DNA of 64,000 bases from Microthyrium microscopicum (lineage: Eukaryota). Shown in pieces: positions 48,544 to 61,759 of this stretch (positions are counted from its first letter, which is position 1; each line of letters starts with the position of its first letter). The DNA lies in the NCBI GenBank assembly GCA_010405405.1, contig MU004243.1, positions 367,340 to 431,339 of the forward strand. Reading direction: 5' to 3'. A program made the position numbers and the translations under genes. The notes beneath the pieces were generated by a model that saw nothing but the letters and a program-made list of their open reading frames with translations, did not search any database and was not told the origin of the DNA.

Positions 48544-50556
48544 ATGGCAGAAGTAAATGGGAGGACCTTGGAACCACCATACCGCGGGCTATCAGTCATT
48601 GGCGACGGCAACAAGGCTAGAGCTACACAACTAGAACACGCGAGCAGCAGCGACAGCAATGGCGTGCAAGAAGACTCGAATGGTATCGGCGGCATCAGCA
48701 GAGCAAAATGGCTCGCCATCATCGCCCTCTGTCTCTCATACACAACCACAGTACAGCAAAATGCATGCACTGCTGCCATCGTCAAACACATCGATGCTGA
48801 ACTAGGTCCGTCTATCACCCTACAATGTCACATCAAAACTAACACTTGCCTCAGGCCCAACAAACTACTACAACTGGATCCTCTCCGCCTACTCAATCTC
48901 CGTCTCCGTCGCCCTTCCCCTCGCCGGCGGTCTCTCCGACATATTCGGCCGCAAACCCTTCTTCCTCGTCGGCACGCTAATCGCACTCGTCGGCACCGTC
49001 GTCGCGCTCGCCGCACAAAACGTCCCCATGATCATCGCCGCCATGGTCCTCAAAGGTATCGGCGCAGGATCTCAGCAATTAGCCTTGGCAGCGATTGGGG
49101 AGTTGGTGGAGAATCGGCAGCGGGGAAATGCACAGGCGGCGTTGGATATTGTGACGTTGCCGTGGAGTATTTTCGGACCGTTGACGGGGAATGCGATGGT
49201 TAAGTATCAGAAGTTGAGTTTTAGGATTAATTTTATTGTGGGGATCGGGTTGAATGTTTTGACGTTGGTTGCTATACAATTTTGGTATCATCCGGTATGT
49301 CCATGAGGAGGTTCGACGCGTGGGTTTTCGCTAACGATTGATGTAGCCGCCGGCAAGGTTGGTGCCGGGAGTTACGAAGAAGCAGCGTTTGGCTGCTCTG
49401 GATTGGATTGGAGTCCTTTTCATGGCTTTTGGAATCGTGTTGACTTTGATGGGACTCGCTTTTGGCGGCGTTCAATTCCCTTGGTCTTCTCCTGGCACGA
49501 TAGCCCCGGTCGTTCTTGGGATTATGTCCCTTATAGCGCTTGGAATTTGGGAGTGGAAGTTTGCAAAGGAACCATTCTTTGCGCACGAACTATTCATTGG
49601 AAAGGCTAGGACATTTACGATTCTACTACTTCTCACATTTGTTGGCGGAATGTCCTTGTATACAGCAGCCGCATTCTGTAAGCCTTGAGCATATATGTTA
49701 TGCGCGGCTTGACACTAACATATTATAGGGACTCAACAGTGCCAGTACATGTTCTTTCGCGATCCCATCAAGATAGGTGTATCTGCAATACCCGGCGGAG
49801 TAGGTGGAGCAATCGGCGGTTTCCTAGGAGGCATACTCATTGGAAAGGGGCCCGGTCTTGGTTCCAACAATATCCTCATATACAGCTCCGCCATGAAACT
49901 AGTCAGCGATATAGTCTTCACGTATGTCATTCCTCTCACTTTCCCCTGATCTAAAGTATACTAAACCTACCCACAGCACACTCACCCCCTACAAATTCCA
50001 ACTTGCACTCGGAATGGGTTTCCTAGCAATGTTCGGCATGGGCTTCTCCCTAGTCGCCCTGATAGTCTGCGTCCAACTCGCCTCCGAAGACCACCACCTC
50101 GGCCTCGCCACCCTCGTCCTCGGCTCAATCCGCGCAATCGGCGGTTCCGTCGCCGTCACCATCTACTCCAGCATCCTAATGAACACCATCCAAGAAGACG
50201 CCGGTCGACGCGTCGGCAACCGCGTGATCCCCATGGGCGCACCACGCTCCTCGCTACCAAAACTCATCCCCCTATTGACCGCTGGTAAGGATTCAGCGGC
50301 GTTGAAGTTGCCAGAGATTACGCAAGATATTGTGGACGCGGGGAATGAGGCGTTGAAGTGGACGGGGACGTTGGCGTTTAGGAGGATTTATTATTCGGCG
50401 TGTGCGTTTTCGGCGCTGGCGTTGGTGGCGAGCTTTTTTGTGAAGGATATTTCGCATAAGATGACGGATAATGTGGCTATTAGGCTGACGAATGAGAAGG
50501 GCACGGCGAGGGAGGTGAGGAAGGGGGAGAGTGGTAATAGTACTTCATTTCGCTGA
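48544..50556 (+). CDS. MFS efflux transporter, TRI12-like (14-TM DHA2-type), multi-exon
   Basis: GGLSDIFGRKPFF (MFS motif A), AAIGELVENRQRG, LDWIG, FPWSSP and LGSIRAIGGSVAVTIY, with multiple GT-AG introns. Confidence 0.88.
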
Positions 50557-51388
50557 GGTACAAGTAGTAATTGTATTCATCGCGACTACCCTATGCTTAT
50601 CGTGGGCTTTAGCTCGACATGAGGACCACCACTGGCGTCGGCAACTTTTCACTGGATGGATCTGATCGCAGGTAGATCGATGGAAGCTCATCAGCATACC
50701 TCGCAGCTCGTGTGAAGCTCCTAAGGACGGGATCTCAAGGCAACTCTGCCAGGAAATTATGGCTAATGAGAAGTGCGATATGAAATTCTCATATCTTCTT
50801 GTCCGCTCAGTTTAATTCCGTGAAAATTCTACGATTTTGTGACTATATAACAAAAAATATCTAGGCTATGAGACTGATGCTTAGACATGAAGGATCTAGC
50901 CTCTGGCTGCTTGAGGCTCTCGAAAGTGTCAATGTCACTGGAGGAAATGGAGCCATACCATTGGTAATACCATTCAGATTCGGCTCAAGCTGAAAGTCCC
51001 AAATCACCACGGAGTAGAAATAAGTGTATCTTGGACCGGCGATCAAGCAGAACCTTGGCGAGTCCATCAATGGACGGAGAGACGAAGCAAATGTAAAGCA
51101 TCAGCTCAGCTTCATTGTTGTCTGTCATTTACCTACGTAAGCCAATAGAGATGAAAAACAGTCGTTCGTGCGGGGTGAAGAGCTTACCTAGACGAGGCCG
51201 GGCGCCTCTGAATCACGTTTGAGTTTTTACCTTATATTGGCCATGCTAACGTCCCTTGAGCAAACCTTTTCTGTCTGCCTTTGTAGTGTTGGAAACATCT
51301 GCTAGTCGGTAGTTGACTGCTACCAAAGATCGACCCGTTCGACGAAACTGCATGACATCTATTCCCTGCACTATCATTGACTCAAAGG

Positions 51389-52045
51389 ATGTCCGATGAA
51401 CCAAAGATCATAGTCGAGCAGGCCTACGACCATATAGCAGATTGGTATCTAAACTGGGTCAAAGACCAGGATTCTCCACGAGAAAGATACACCGACAAAG
51501 TCTTAAAAAATGCGCCTGCAGCGCCCCGCATTCTCGAACTCGGCTGCGGCCCTGGCATCCCCATAACGCGCATGCTTCTCGATCGCGGAGCTCAAGTCAC
51601 GGCCAACGACATCTCCACTAAATTCATCAACATGGCGAAGGAACGATGCCCGGAAGCGACATTTCTGCCAGGCGACATGATGGCTCTGGATTTCGAGCCT
51701 GCGAGCTTCCACGGCATTACTAGTTTCTTCACGATCTTCCACCTTCCACGAGAGGAGCAAAAGACAATGCTCTCCAAGATCAACTCCTGGCTTAAACCTG
51801 GCGGCATGTTTGTGATGAACCTCGCAACTATGGACGAGGAAGAGATTCATGGAGAGATGATGGGCTACGGCATGTTTTGGAGCAGTTTTGATGTTGAGGA
51901 CAATAAGAAAATGGTGACGGATTCGGGGCTAGATTTGGTCGAGACGGAGTTGCTAGAGGCAGGGGATGGGAAGCTGGAAGAAGATGATCCAGATTATGGT
52001 GTCAAGTTTCTATGGCTCGTGGCCAAGAAGAAGCTCGATCTTTGA
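51389..52045 (+). CDS. Class I SAM-dependent methyltransferase, paralogous to 22044..22748
   Basis: AYDHIA, ILELGCGPG, VTANDIS, GDMMALDF, HLPREEQ, WLKPGG and GMFWS. Confidence 0.9.
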   Translation: MSDEPKIIVEQAYDHIADWYLNWVKDQDSPRERYTDKVLKNAPAAPRILELGCGPGIPITRMLLDRGAQVTANDISTKFINMAKERCPEATFLPGDMMALDFEPASFHGITSFFTIFHLPREEQKTMLSKINSWLKPGGMFVMNLATMDEEEIHGEMMGYGMFWSSFDVEDNKKMVTDSGLDLVETELLEAGDGKLEEDDPDYGVKFLWLVAKKKLDL

Positions 52046-52476
52046 TAGGGAATAGACTGGGCTCTTCTTTGAGGGCTCTAATCTCACTGCTCGGCTCCTT
52101 CAAATTAGGTAGTTCACGACTTCCAGTTGACTTCACGGCGCTCTTGTCAAATGCATAATGCTTCTTAGAACGAATGTGTAGGCTTAGCATCACACATACA
52201 TTATTTAGCGGGGATAAAGTCTGAGATTTTTGCAAGTCCAAACTTAAAAGCTCAACGTACAGTTTACAAGTCTAAAATCCCACGCGGTCACTTGTACCAA
52301 GGCAGAACGAGATGTAGTTAGAACAAGGCTGAGAGTCAGCCTTGTGCACGAGCCAAATCTAGCACTATTTCTAGATCTGCTTCTGATTGGCTCTCCAAAT
52401 ACTAACTTCGACATCAGAGCATCATTGTTCGAAGCTCACAAAATGTGAATACCTTTGCAACATTTGTCCTTTCCAT

Positions 52477-53660
52477 ATGTATAGGTCGTCCCTCCGGCAC
52501 CTAGCAAGATCTCTTCAACTGCCGCACCGGAATGTAATTGGGTTGCGATTCTACGCAGTCCAGACCCCCGGCGCGCCAATTGTCGAGGTCTTCAACAATG
52601 CCGTACGCGATTCTTCGACATAAATAATAGAGGGAGCTCTGCTAAACATTACAATCACAGACGAAATGGGCACAGAAGGAGCGCGCCGCTCAGAACGTCG
52701 AGCTAAGCCGACAGGTCGACTACCTCCGAGATGAGGTTGCGTCACGACTATCTGAGCGTCTTCTCGTAAGCTCAACATGCCTCATCTCCATCCAGAAACT
52801 AATAGGAACAGGATATAAAACGCGACTTCGACCACGTTCTCGATCTTGGCGCAAATGCCTGTCACGTCGCTCGAATGCTGACCAAAACGAATCCCGACGA
52901 CTACTCCGCACAACCAGTCGCCGAGCCACTCGCCTCACGCATCGGCCGCATAACCGCCGCTGAAAACTCGCGCTCCCTCTTGTACCGTGATGCTGACCTC
53001 GACTTCAATAACAAAATGGAGATAACGAGGGATGTGCTGAAATCACCTGAAACGCTGCCTTATGATGCAGGCACGTTCGACGCAGTTTTGAGCTCGCTAT
53101 CGTTGCACTGGATCAACGATTTGCCATCCGTGCTGGCGCAAATTAATTCTGTTCTCAAACAGGATGCTCCCTTCATTGGCGTCATGTTTGGAGGAGATAG
53201 TCTCTACGAGCTGAGAACATCCCTCCAGCTGGCTGAGCAGGATCGACGAGGAGGCGTCAGCACACATACTTCTCCACTGGCTGATGTGAGGGATATTGGA
53301 GGCCTGTTACAGTCGGCTGGCTTCAAGCTTCTTACCGTGGATGTTGATGATATCGTGATTGATTATCCTGATATATTTGCACTTATGCAAGACTTGCAGG
53401 CAATGGGCGAGTCCAATGCTGTTCTAGGCCGCGAAGGGTCAGGAATACGCAGAGACGTGTTAGCTGCTGCGAGTAGTATATACAAGGAACTCCACGGGAA
53501 CGAAGACGGGAGTGTACCAGCTACATTTCGACTCATATACATGATTGGCTGGAAAGAAGGCAAAGGACAACAAAAACCATTACCACGAGGAAGCGGCATG
53601 GTCAGCATAAAAGACGTCTTAGAAGGCAAAACAGAGGGCCCAAAACCAGATGATAAATGA
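52477..53660 (+). CDS. NDUFAF5: Mitochondrial complex I assembly factor NDUFAF5 (methyltransferase fold), 3 exons
   Basis: Presequence, QKERAA..VDYLRDEVA.RLSERL|DIKRDF..VLDLGA, SSLSLHWINDLP, GGDSLYELRTSLQLAEQDRRGG, DLQAMGESNA and PATFRLIYMIGWK. Confidence 0.92.
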
Positions 53661-53712
53661 TCAAAACATTGTATACGTATCATTCATGATTACTCATCCC
53701 TATCCCCTTCCA

Positions 53713-54483
53713 TCACTGCCTATCCAACTCTGGATAATCCCTAAATATTCCCATCCCATACTTCAACCGTCTCTCACTCCCCAAATACTCCTTAATCCCC
53801 TTCTCACCCTCCACACTCGGATAAAACGTGCCAAATAACAGTGGATAATCGCCCTCCCGTGCCTTCATCTCCTTTGGAAATGCAAACTTCAGCCCATTCA
53901 ACACCTGCCACACCGTCGTATCCGCATAACTCAAACTCTTGCCAACCATATACTTTCCTTTGCCCTTCCCCTCATTTCCCTTCAACGTCCTCTCAAAAAG
54001 CGAGCAGAACTTCGGAATCCTCATCTCTCTAAAATTACCCGCGGCACGTAACGCCTCCTCCTTCTGATCCTCATAATACAACGTAGTACCAACCGGATGA
54101 TGCGTATCATGAACCTCATTATTCAAATCCAGTGCCGTTAACGTCAGCGCATTGACGTAGTATGCATCCACTTCATCATCGCCGTTGAAACCGAGCGTTT
54201 TACTGAGATATAAGAGGATATTGGAAGTTTGCGTAAGAATCAGGTCTTTGCCATCTTTGCCTGCGCCAGCAACTTTCAGCATGGGCGGTGAAAAGGCGGG
54301 TGGGTTGCCATCGATGCCTGTGCACTCGGGTTTGCAGGATGCGTAGACGGGAGAAGGGTCGCCAGCGTTGGCGGGGTCGGTGTAGGGTGTGGAGGAAGCT
54401 TCCAGGAGGAGACGGATGAATTCGCCACGGCCGGGGACACCGCCGTGGTAGAGAAGGGTGTATTTGAGGTCGTTGGATGGCAT
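53713..54483 (-). CDS. Glutathione S-transferase
   Basis: YTLLYHGGVPGRGEFIRLLLE, FSPPML, LTQTSNILLYL, EVHDTHHP, LSYAD and GIFRDYPELD. Confidence 0.9.
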   Translation of the reverse strand: MPSNDLKYTLLYHGGVPGRGEFIRLLLEASSTPYTDPANAGDPSPVYASCKPECTGIDGNPPAFSPPMLKVAGAGKDGKDLILTQTSNILLYLSKTLGFNGDDEVDAYYVNALTLTALDLNNEVHDTHHPVGTTLYYEDQKEEALRAAGNFREMRIPKFCSLFERTLKGNEGKGKGKYMVGKSLSYADTTVWQVLNGLKFAFPKEMKAREGDYPLLFGTFYPSVEGEKGIKEYLGSERRLKYGMGIFRDYPELDRQ

Positions 54484-55354
54484 GATGGCTGATTGAGATG
54501 CTTGTTAAAGTTGGTGGAGAGGAAGTGGTGTATGAAGTTCTAGGAGGCGGACAGGAGGACCTTTTGGGACTTTGTTGGCGTCAGATGTTGATCAATCGAT
54601 CAATTGACGTTAATGATCGCCGGAGCTGTGGACGGGATTGGTGTTTAGGTCGATTCTAAGCTGTCAGAACTGCGGATCGTACGCAATCTGACATGGAAGC
54701 CCCGCAAAACCCCGCGGGTGGGATTGTCATAGCTCCTCCCGTTGAGCCTCAATGTGACCATCATATCCATTGGATGAAACTAGTACGGCTGGAGTATGTC
54801 ATCATACACTAGAAGGAGCGTAGGAGCCGATTGCTTCGAACAGGACTAGGGCGTATGTGAATTGAAGATGTGTTGGAGGTCAGATTTCGTGGTATCATCA
54901 TCACAGCGAAGCAGCTAGAAAATATCAGATCACAGTAAGAAAAGTCTGTCTCGCCTTGATTGGGAGCAGAAGGGGTTCTTATATTGGTATCTATAAAGAC
55001 ACTAGCGCAATCGATCTCAAATGATGCCACCCATCCAGTTGAACACTGATATAAAAAACCGTTTTCCCCACTGGTGCAACATCAAAATCCGCACGCTCCT
55101 CCGTAGCGAGCTCAGTAGCCTGCCAATTGCCACAGGCATGAAGATGGAATAAAATATGTAGGCGCAAAATGGGCGGATCAAGAACATGGCCCAGAATGAC
55201 GTTTGCCCGTCGCTAATGCAAGAAGAAAGCAATCCCAAAAGTGGGTCGTAAAAAGTTTCAAAGTAGGGTATATCGTGTCGTAGCAGCCGAGTGTTGAGGA
55301 CAATTAGTATTACAATTGACGAAACATGGTTGTTCGTCGGAGAAATGGGGTTCA

Positions 55355-58316
55355 TCAATCAGCAGTCGTTAAGCTTTGCCGATTAGTGCTGAGGCTTGCG
55401 GGTCGGAGAGACGCGCTGCGACCCAAGGCAGTGTTCGACGATGAGCCCGAGTAAAGATTAAGGCTGCGTCGCTTTGTTTTCTTTTCCTCGGCTTCGGCGT
55501 CATCAGGAGCAAGTCGATCGTTGCCAAATAGACGACTCGAGGCGCGGGCAAAAGACGCTGTCGAATTGGTAGGAGATGGTAGTCCGCCATTGGTGACTAC
55601 TCGTCGCAGCGCACTGCTTTGTTGTGTGGAATGTTGAGGAGTATAGTGGCCCTCAGAGTTGCGTGGAACTCCAAGATTAGAAGAGAGTCGGTCACTTCGT
55701 TTGCGAAGCATTGAACCAACTTCTGTCACGGCACGAGAAGGCGCCCGAAAGCTTACAACTTCGTCGTCATCGTCAGCCTGAGCTCGCCGCGCTCTAAGAG
55801 ACGTGCCAGCGCGCATCAATGCGGAAGGTATGGGCGAGGATTTAGGATGTTCTTGTTGGCCAAGTCGTTGTTGAGCTGTTTGTAACGACTCACGTGGACT
55901 ACTCGCAGCCGAATTAGACCCCAGATTAGAAGCTCGACGAGCTTCGAGACGTTCTAGCGCCCGGCTAGATGCAGGTCGTGCCTCTCGTTCTTCGGGTTCA
56001 AGACTCATATGCCTACTATAAGTTCTAGGGGCAGATTCGCCGGGCGTTTGGGGGGTGTTTTGTGCTGAATCTCGACTCGCGCGGTTCTGTCCAAGAGTCT
56101 GTATTGAAAGCCGTTTTGTAGCCTCGGGAGATACAGGTCGTGGGTGATCATCAAGGAGTGCCACACATAAATCTGTTATATTACGACAGAGGTTGTCGGC
56201 TTTTCGCTTCATCTGACGATCGCCTGCGAGCGAATTGGTTCCTGTAGCCGATGAATAGACAGAACCGCTGGGAATAACTCCTCGTGCTGCCATTGCCATT
56301 TCTAGTGCTCCAGATGCAGAAGTTTCTAGAGCTCGATAGACTGCTGGGCTGAGAGTAGTCTTGCATCGTGCTAGCGATTGGTGTAGATTGGGATGTATAT
56401 TGGAGGCTTCTTGCCCTCCCTGATTTCCATTCGCAGTAGACTTGAAGCCCATTGGAAGCTTTGGGGATGATGAGACTGTCGTTATGGTAGTTGTCGCGGT
56501 TCGTGGTCGTTCCCCGGAGCCATTGGATCCTGCCGCTCCTGAATAGCCTCTGCCGTGGTCTATTCTATGCACATGTGATTTTCGTTCAGCCATTTCGTCC
56601 CAAACATTCGACTGAACAGTGGAAACGACAGATTCACCGTCTGTACGAGGATCCTGCTGATAGCTGCTCCGCGTCGCCTTGGGTGACTGTTCAGTTGGAG
56701 TTGTGGAATAATTCAACCTGGATATCCGCTGGTAGGATCGTCCGGGAAATTGGTCAGCAACAGAAGCGCGACGCTGATTTGTTGATGTGTATTCCGAGGC
56801 TCTAGAAACAACAGAAGGGGTTTGAGGTCCAGAATACCGAGGTCGATAAGAGGCGATATTTTGTCTATCCTGAAGAGTTGTTGACGTACGTGTGGAGACA
56901 CCAATAACGGATGCGGCACCAGAAGGCCTTCGGTAGGCAGTCATATTTTGCATGGCAGAATATCGACCACTATCTCCAGTATCCAGTGGACTTGAGTTTC
57001 GTCGGCGAGATAATTGAAGGTCGTTTTGTAACAAATTCCGTTCAGTAGGACGGCGGCCGCGAATCTGGATGGAGTCAGACGAAAGGCTCAGGAGTATGAA
57101 AATTTGAGGGAGAGGTTTGTCGTGGAGGGGTACAAAAGAACAATCGCGGTTGTCAATAAATGACTTGAGGTTGCCTCAATCATATTGTCACTATCATTTG
57201 GAGGTGCTCGAGTTCTTGGTGCCAATGACCCAATGGGGAAGGAACGATGTGATGGGACCTAAAACATACCTGAAGATGGTCTAATTGGCTCGTCACATCT
57301 GCAATCTCTTCTTCCTCCTGTCTATGCGTCTCTTCTTCTTGCAATGTTCCCTCATCGCCCAATTTTAAGAATAAATCTTCACTGCTTTGACTTGACTCGA
57401 TGCCTTCTTCCGAGGGTTGCCGCTGCGCTCGTTGCATTTTACGATGTACAATGTCAAACGCCGATTCCGATGGAGCAGCTTGTCTCCATTGCGACTGATT
57501 TTTCCTCATTATTGCGTCTAGTGATTCCATTTCGTTATGTTCAAAGGTTGTGGGAGAAAGCAGACCTTGTGCCTGCTGCTGTGCCGAGTCAGAGGATTGG
57601 TCTCTCGAGCGCGGTCTCGACGAGAAATCCGATCGAGCAGCAGAAGTGTTGACGGTTAGAGGCAAGGTTCCCGAGTTATATGGTTTTTGCTTTTGCGCTG
57701 CAAAGGTCGATGCAGCAGGATTTTGAGCAAGCCTTGCAAGTTCAGAATGATAGGAACCTCTGGTTATTAGAGCGGGAGGAGGACCGTAGGATGTCTCAAT
57801 GCCATTCGCACTAAAAGAAGCGGGAGGACGTCGTGCTGAAGAGCCTCGCCTTTCAGATGTAGAAGAGGATCGTGATTGCGCTCGCGATTGCGCAGGATTG
57901 GCGGATGTGGGTGAAAGAAGGCCGGATAAGGATGGAGAGGGATTGACAGTGGCTCGACTTGAAGAGGGTCGCTTGGAGACGTGAAGATCAGAGACAGTGG
58001 GCGACTTTCGTATGGCAGCGGGTCGCGAAGATCTGGGTGCCTTAGTAGATGCGGAGAGGTCGGAATTGGCTTGCGAGCCTTGAGGTCCTGGCGCTGTAGA
58101 GGGGCGCTTGTCTAGGTTGGACGGAGAGAGTAGTGGAGAAGAAGGCGAGGGCAGCGGAGGGGGAGAATAAGGGAGTTGGAGTTGGCGGGAGGAAGAAGAA
58201 GAGACATGTCGCGATGTTTCTTGGGGGAAGTGTGGAGGCACAAGATAGTGTTTAGTGTTTGCAGCATGCATGTGGTCAGTGAATGGACCGGGATGTTGTC
58301 TGGAAATGGAAGTCAT
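55355..58316 (-). CDS. Large S/R/P-rich, mostly disordered fungal protein, probably 2 exons
   Basis: ORFs 57180..58316 and 55355..57034 are probably joined by an intron starting at CAG|GTATGT (about 57269). A conserved-looking helical core is IHPNLHQSLARCK...ALETSASGALEM...RQMKRKADNLCRNITDLCVAL. Confidence 0.7.
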
Positions 58317-60817
58317 GCTTCAGTCGAAGTCGGTGGTCGCGCTTTCCTTTGCTTGCTTTGGGGCATAAGGCAGGGCAGGTGCACCTTGCAGACCCACTAT
58401 ACCGTACTACTGCAGGCTCGCGCTCAAGTCCAAGTCAAGGTCCCAAGGGAATTGATAGGAAAGGCACTGCAAATGCTGGCATACGATCCCGAAAAAAATA
58501 CCTGGCCCAACTTCCAAGATGCTGACGATGTTGTGATAGCTGAGGTTCATCCACGTCGGGACCGCAGGCCTGTCTTTTCACAGTCTTTTTCTCGTCTGTC
58601 ACACCTACTCCCACGGAGCCTTGCTTCTTGCGACACTTGCGCTCCAGGGGATTTCGGAGACTGGAACCAGGCGAGCTGCTGAAGACCACCAATCGCTTAC
58701 TGCTTTCAGTCGCGTAGAATAAGCTCAATTGACTCCTTGACTCTTGTCGCGCGGGAATGTCTTCTTTCGCGAGATCTGTAATTACACAAGGACTGCGCGG
58801 TGCAACAAAGGTTATCCGAAGAATCGATTATATCATGGTATCCACCGCGATTGGCTGACTGAGCCTTGCGAGAGCTGGCTAATTTTGATATTGGTTGAGT
58901 TGTTGAAAAGACGAAAATGACAGACTAGAGAAGAATGACAGAAGAAGAACGATGAGCATATTGCTTCAAATCATTCTGGACTCGAATCTCTTTTGAGGCT
59001 TTGAAGGATTCCTTCTTTTCTCACCCAATTCAGAACATCAATTTTCTATCCTGGTCTGGCTTCCCCAAGCTATCGTTATCCATGCAAGCCATCAAGCCAC
59101 AGCAATCACAAACTCTTGAACTGCTGAGCGGCTCTGAGTTTCGGACCTTCTTTACGACCACCTGCAAGTCTCCATCCCATTCCCCACATTAAATCTATCA
59201 TTTTGTAGAGCCGCGAACGCGAGATATCATGTTCCGCGAAGATTACCTACCTGTGTAGATATCTCATGCGCAACTACTGCAATTCACCCACCTCAATCAC
59301 GGGAAATTCAATGCCTATCCAAGATTATGCAAGGTTCCAGCAATCAACAAAATATAAACATATTCCCCAATTCTGAATGGTCGATTGTGGCAGGTTTCAT
59401 ATTTTTACTGAAATGTGCCTTCCCGCTGCAGGCCCCAGATTTAGCTGCGTAAAGCCTGCATATAACCTGTACGACGCCAGACGCGACTTGAAAGGAGAGC
59501 GTGTTTTCCATATTCCTGTTGTACCAAGTCTTCATCGTGTTTGTTGTCGAAAAATGAAGTCAATGTCTTCCAATTCATTCGAAAGTGCGCTGGACGTTGC
59601 AAGGCTTGGTACCGAAATCGCGTATATCATGATTCATATGCCCCTTTTCAACGCGCCTAACTCCCATGTCTTGATGTCTCCGAATATTCCTAACTTCCAA
59701 CTTCCATGTGGGCAATCTCTAGGTTCAATATCAAAAACAAAACTCCAAGTCTTGCGCACAAGGTTCCTTCCAAACCATCCCTGGCATGAGCCGTCCATCT
59801 GACACTCCAGCTTCTCGCCAAATACCCAGCATTCTTCGCCGAAAGATCGTGAGACTTCCATCACAAACACGGCGTCCCATCAACAAAAACGATCTACAAT
59901 TACCTCGCACGTTTAGCAGTGCTCCTCCTCGCCAAATATTGACGCCTTGTCTGGGCAGAAAAACGTGTCTAACGAACCAACCAGCAGCTCTCAAGTCCTC
60001 ATCCCGCCATCGCGTCGGGAACACGGGAAGCTTAAAAAACGTTATGAGGCTGACTTTCAAACTGACACGAACCATCTCTTTTCTTTTTCTCCTCGTGAAG
60101 CGGCTCCTTTTGAATTCAATTTTGTCACTTCCATGACCATCAAATACCATGCCTCGTCCCCAGCACAAACCTTCGCAATCTTCCCAGGGATATCGTTTGA
60201 TTTTCCCTACGTATCGGAAAATCAGTGTTATTGTCCCTTGGTGACTGCATGGCATGCATGGTACCTTTTTTTGAGTTTGTTCGTCAATGCTCAGCAAAGG
60301 AGTTTGCATTAGCCAATTTGACGATATGTCTGCCATGCAGGAGAGACACAAATTAGTGCTTGCAGAGTGCAGGTAGGATGCAGCGGTCTTTCTCCATACT
60401 TTGGATAGGCAATTTATCGCTAAGATTGGCGGGTTTTCTGCGTTGGCTCCCGGTGCTACTGCCAATAATTACTGTAGTTTTAGGTACATCATGAGGTGTC
60501 TCAGTAGTGGTGATTATTGAAAGGCTGCTTGGGCCGGTTGTGGTACAATGCTTTGTTTTGTGCTGGCTTATGATGACAATTTGGAGAAGAGCATGGCTTT
60601 GAAGATTTGGATAAGCACGACTCGAAAATGTTCCAAGCTGGACATTATTTCAGAATCAATGAAGGCGTACTGCCATTGAGTACCTCCCGTTCCTCCTTGA
60701 AAACTGCTCTTAAATCGGGTGTTGATTTTTTGATAGATCAAGACAGAAGCAACCAGTCTCTAACTCCCAGTCTCCATTTCCAGCAATTCAAAGTCTTTAT
60801 TGAGCGTCATTCGGGTT

Positions 60818-61759
60818 TCAATCCTTTTGAAATTCTATGTCAACTACAATAGGCTTGTTCATCACCTTTTGTGTGCCCCTGGAAAAGCTCTTAGCCATAA
60901 TTGCTGCGTTGACCACGCAAGTACTGTTTCCAGTAGAATTTTCCCGGCTCAATTCCATCTCAAGGAGTTTGTTAATTGAGGTAACGTCTTCTCGAATCCA
61001 AGAATCCTGTCCTTTCTTTCCAGTCAGATCTACGAGGCTCAGCTTCTGTCGACTTGCTACTCCAGGATCGTTCCACCTACAGAGTCTCTCAACTTGGCCA
61101 TCATTTTCACTCCAGGCTATTGAATATGCTCCTCGACCTTCATGCCGATGTCCACAAACGTGTAGTCGAGGTCTGACTCGCTGTAGTGTCTTCAGCAGAT
61201 CAGTGCATCCATCACTCTGCCCCTCTTTCGTGATGTCGCAAATTCCCTGCGGTGGACCATGAGTTATGAGGATATCAGTATCCAGTGGAACTTCCGACCA
61301 CAGGGCTTCTGCTTCTGATGGTTGGTAGCCGAACGCCCATGTTCCATTGGCCAGTGACCATGGGCTCCCAAAGATATTGAGTGTCACTTTGTGGTCGCCA
61401 ACAGGCACCTCCAAGCTCTTGGACTCATGGCATAAGTAAGTGACCGAGTCAGCTTTTGTGACCATGTCTTGTATCTCATCAACATCCTGTGGGTTTTGAT
61501 TGTGCATTCGCACTCCGTGCGTCGAGTAGAATTCCTTATCTAGCGTAACATCATGGTTTCCAGCCACGAGGATCTTTGCGACGAAACCTTTCCGTGATTG
61601 AAGCCAGTCAAGTTGTTTTCGCAGCTCTGCTTTCGTGCCTTGGTTTGTGAGGTCACCAGCATGGATTAGAATGTCGCCAGCCGGGAGAGATGGCGTTTGA
61701 TTGTGGGTGTCCGAAACGCATACAATTCTGAGTTTCGAGGTTTTGCCGTTGACTGACAT
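60818..61759 (-). CDS. Calcineurin-like metallophosphoesterase (MPPED/239FB-like)
   Basis: VCVSDTH, LIHAGDLT, AGNHD, ILITHGPP and HVCGHRHEG. Confidence 0.92.
   Translation of the reverse strand: MSVNGKTSKLRIVCVSDTHNQTPSLPAGDILIHAGDLTNQGTKAELRKQLDWLQSRKGFVAKILVAGNHDVTLDKEFYSTHGVRMHNQNPQDVDEIQDMVTKADSVTYLCHESKSLEVPVGDHKVTLNIFGSPWSLANGTWAFGYQPSEAEALWSEVPLDTDILITHGPPQGICDITKEGQSDGCTDLLKTLQRVRPRLHVCGHRHEGRGAYSIAWSENDGQVERLCRWNDPGVASRQKLSLVDLTGKKGQDSWIREDVTSINKLLEMELSRENSTGNSTCVVNAAIMAKSFSRGTQKVMNKPIVVDIEFQKD

Noticed and set aside
48544..54483. MFS pump, two methyltransferase-fold genes and GST as a secondary-metabolite cluster
   Set aside because: No backbone enzyme (PKS, NRPS or terpene synthase) is in the window, and one of the methyltransferase-fold genes is the housekeeping NDUFAF5.
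59377..60465. Several 100-244 aa ORFs on both strands
   Set aside because: No recognisable motifs, mutually overlapping, and no convincing splice structure. Probably non-coding.
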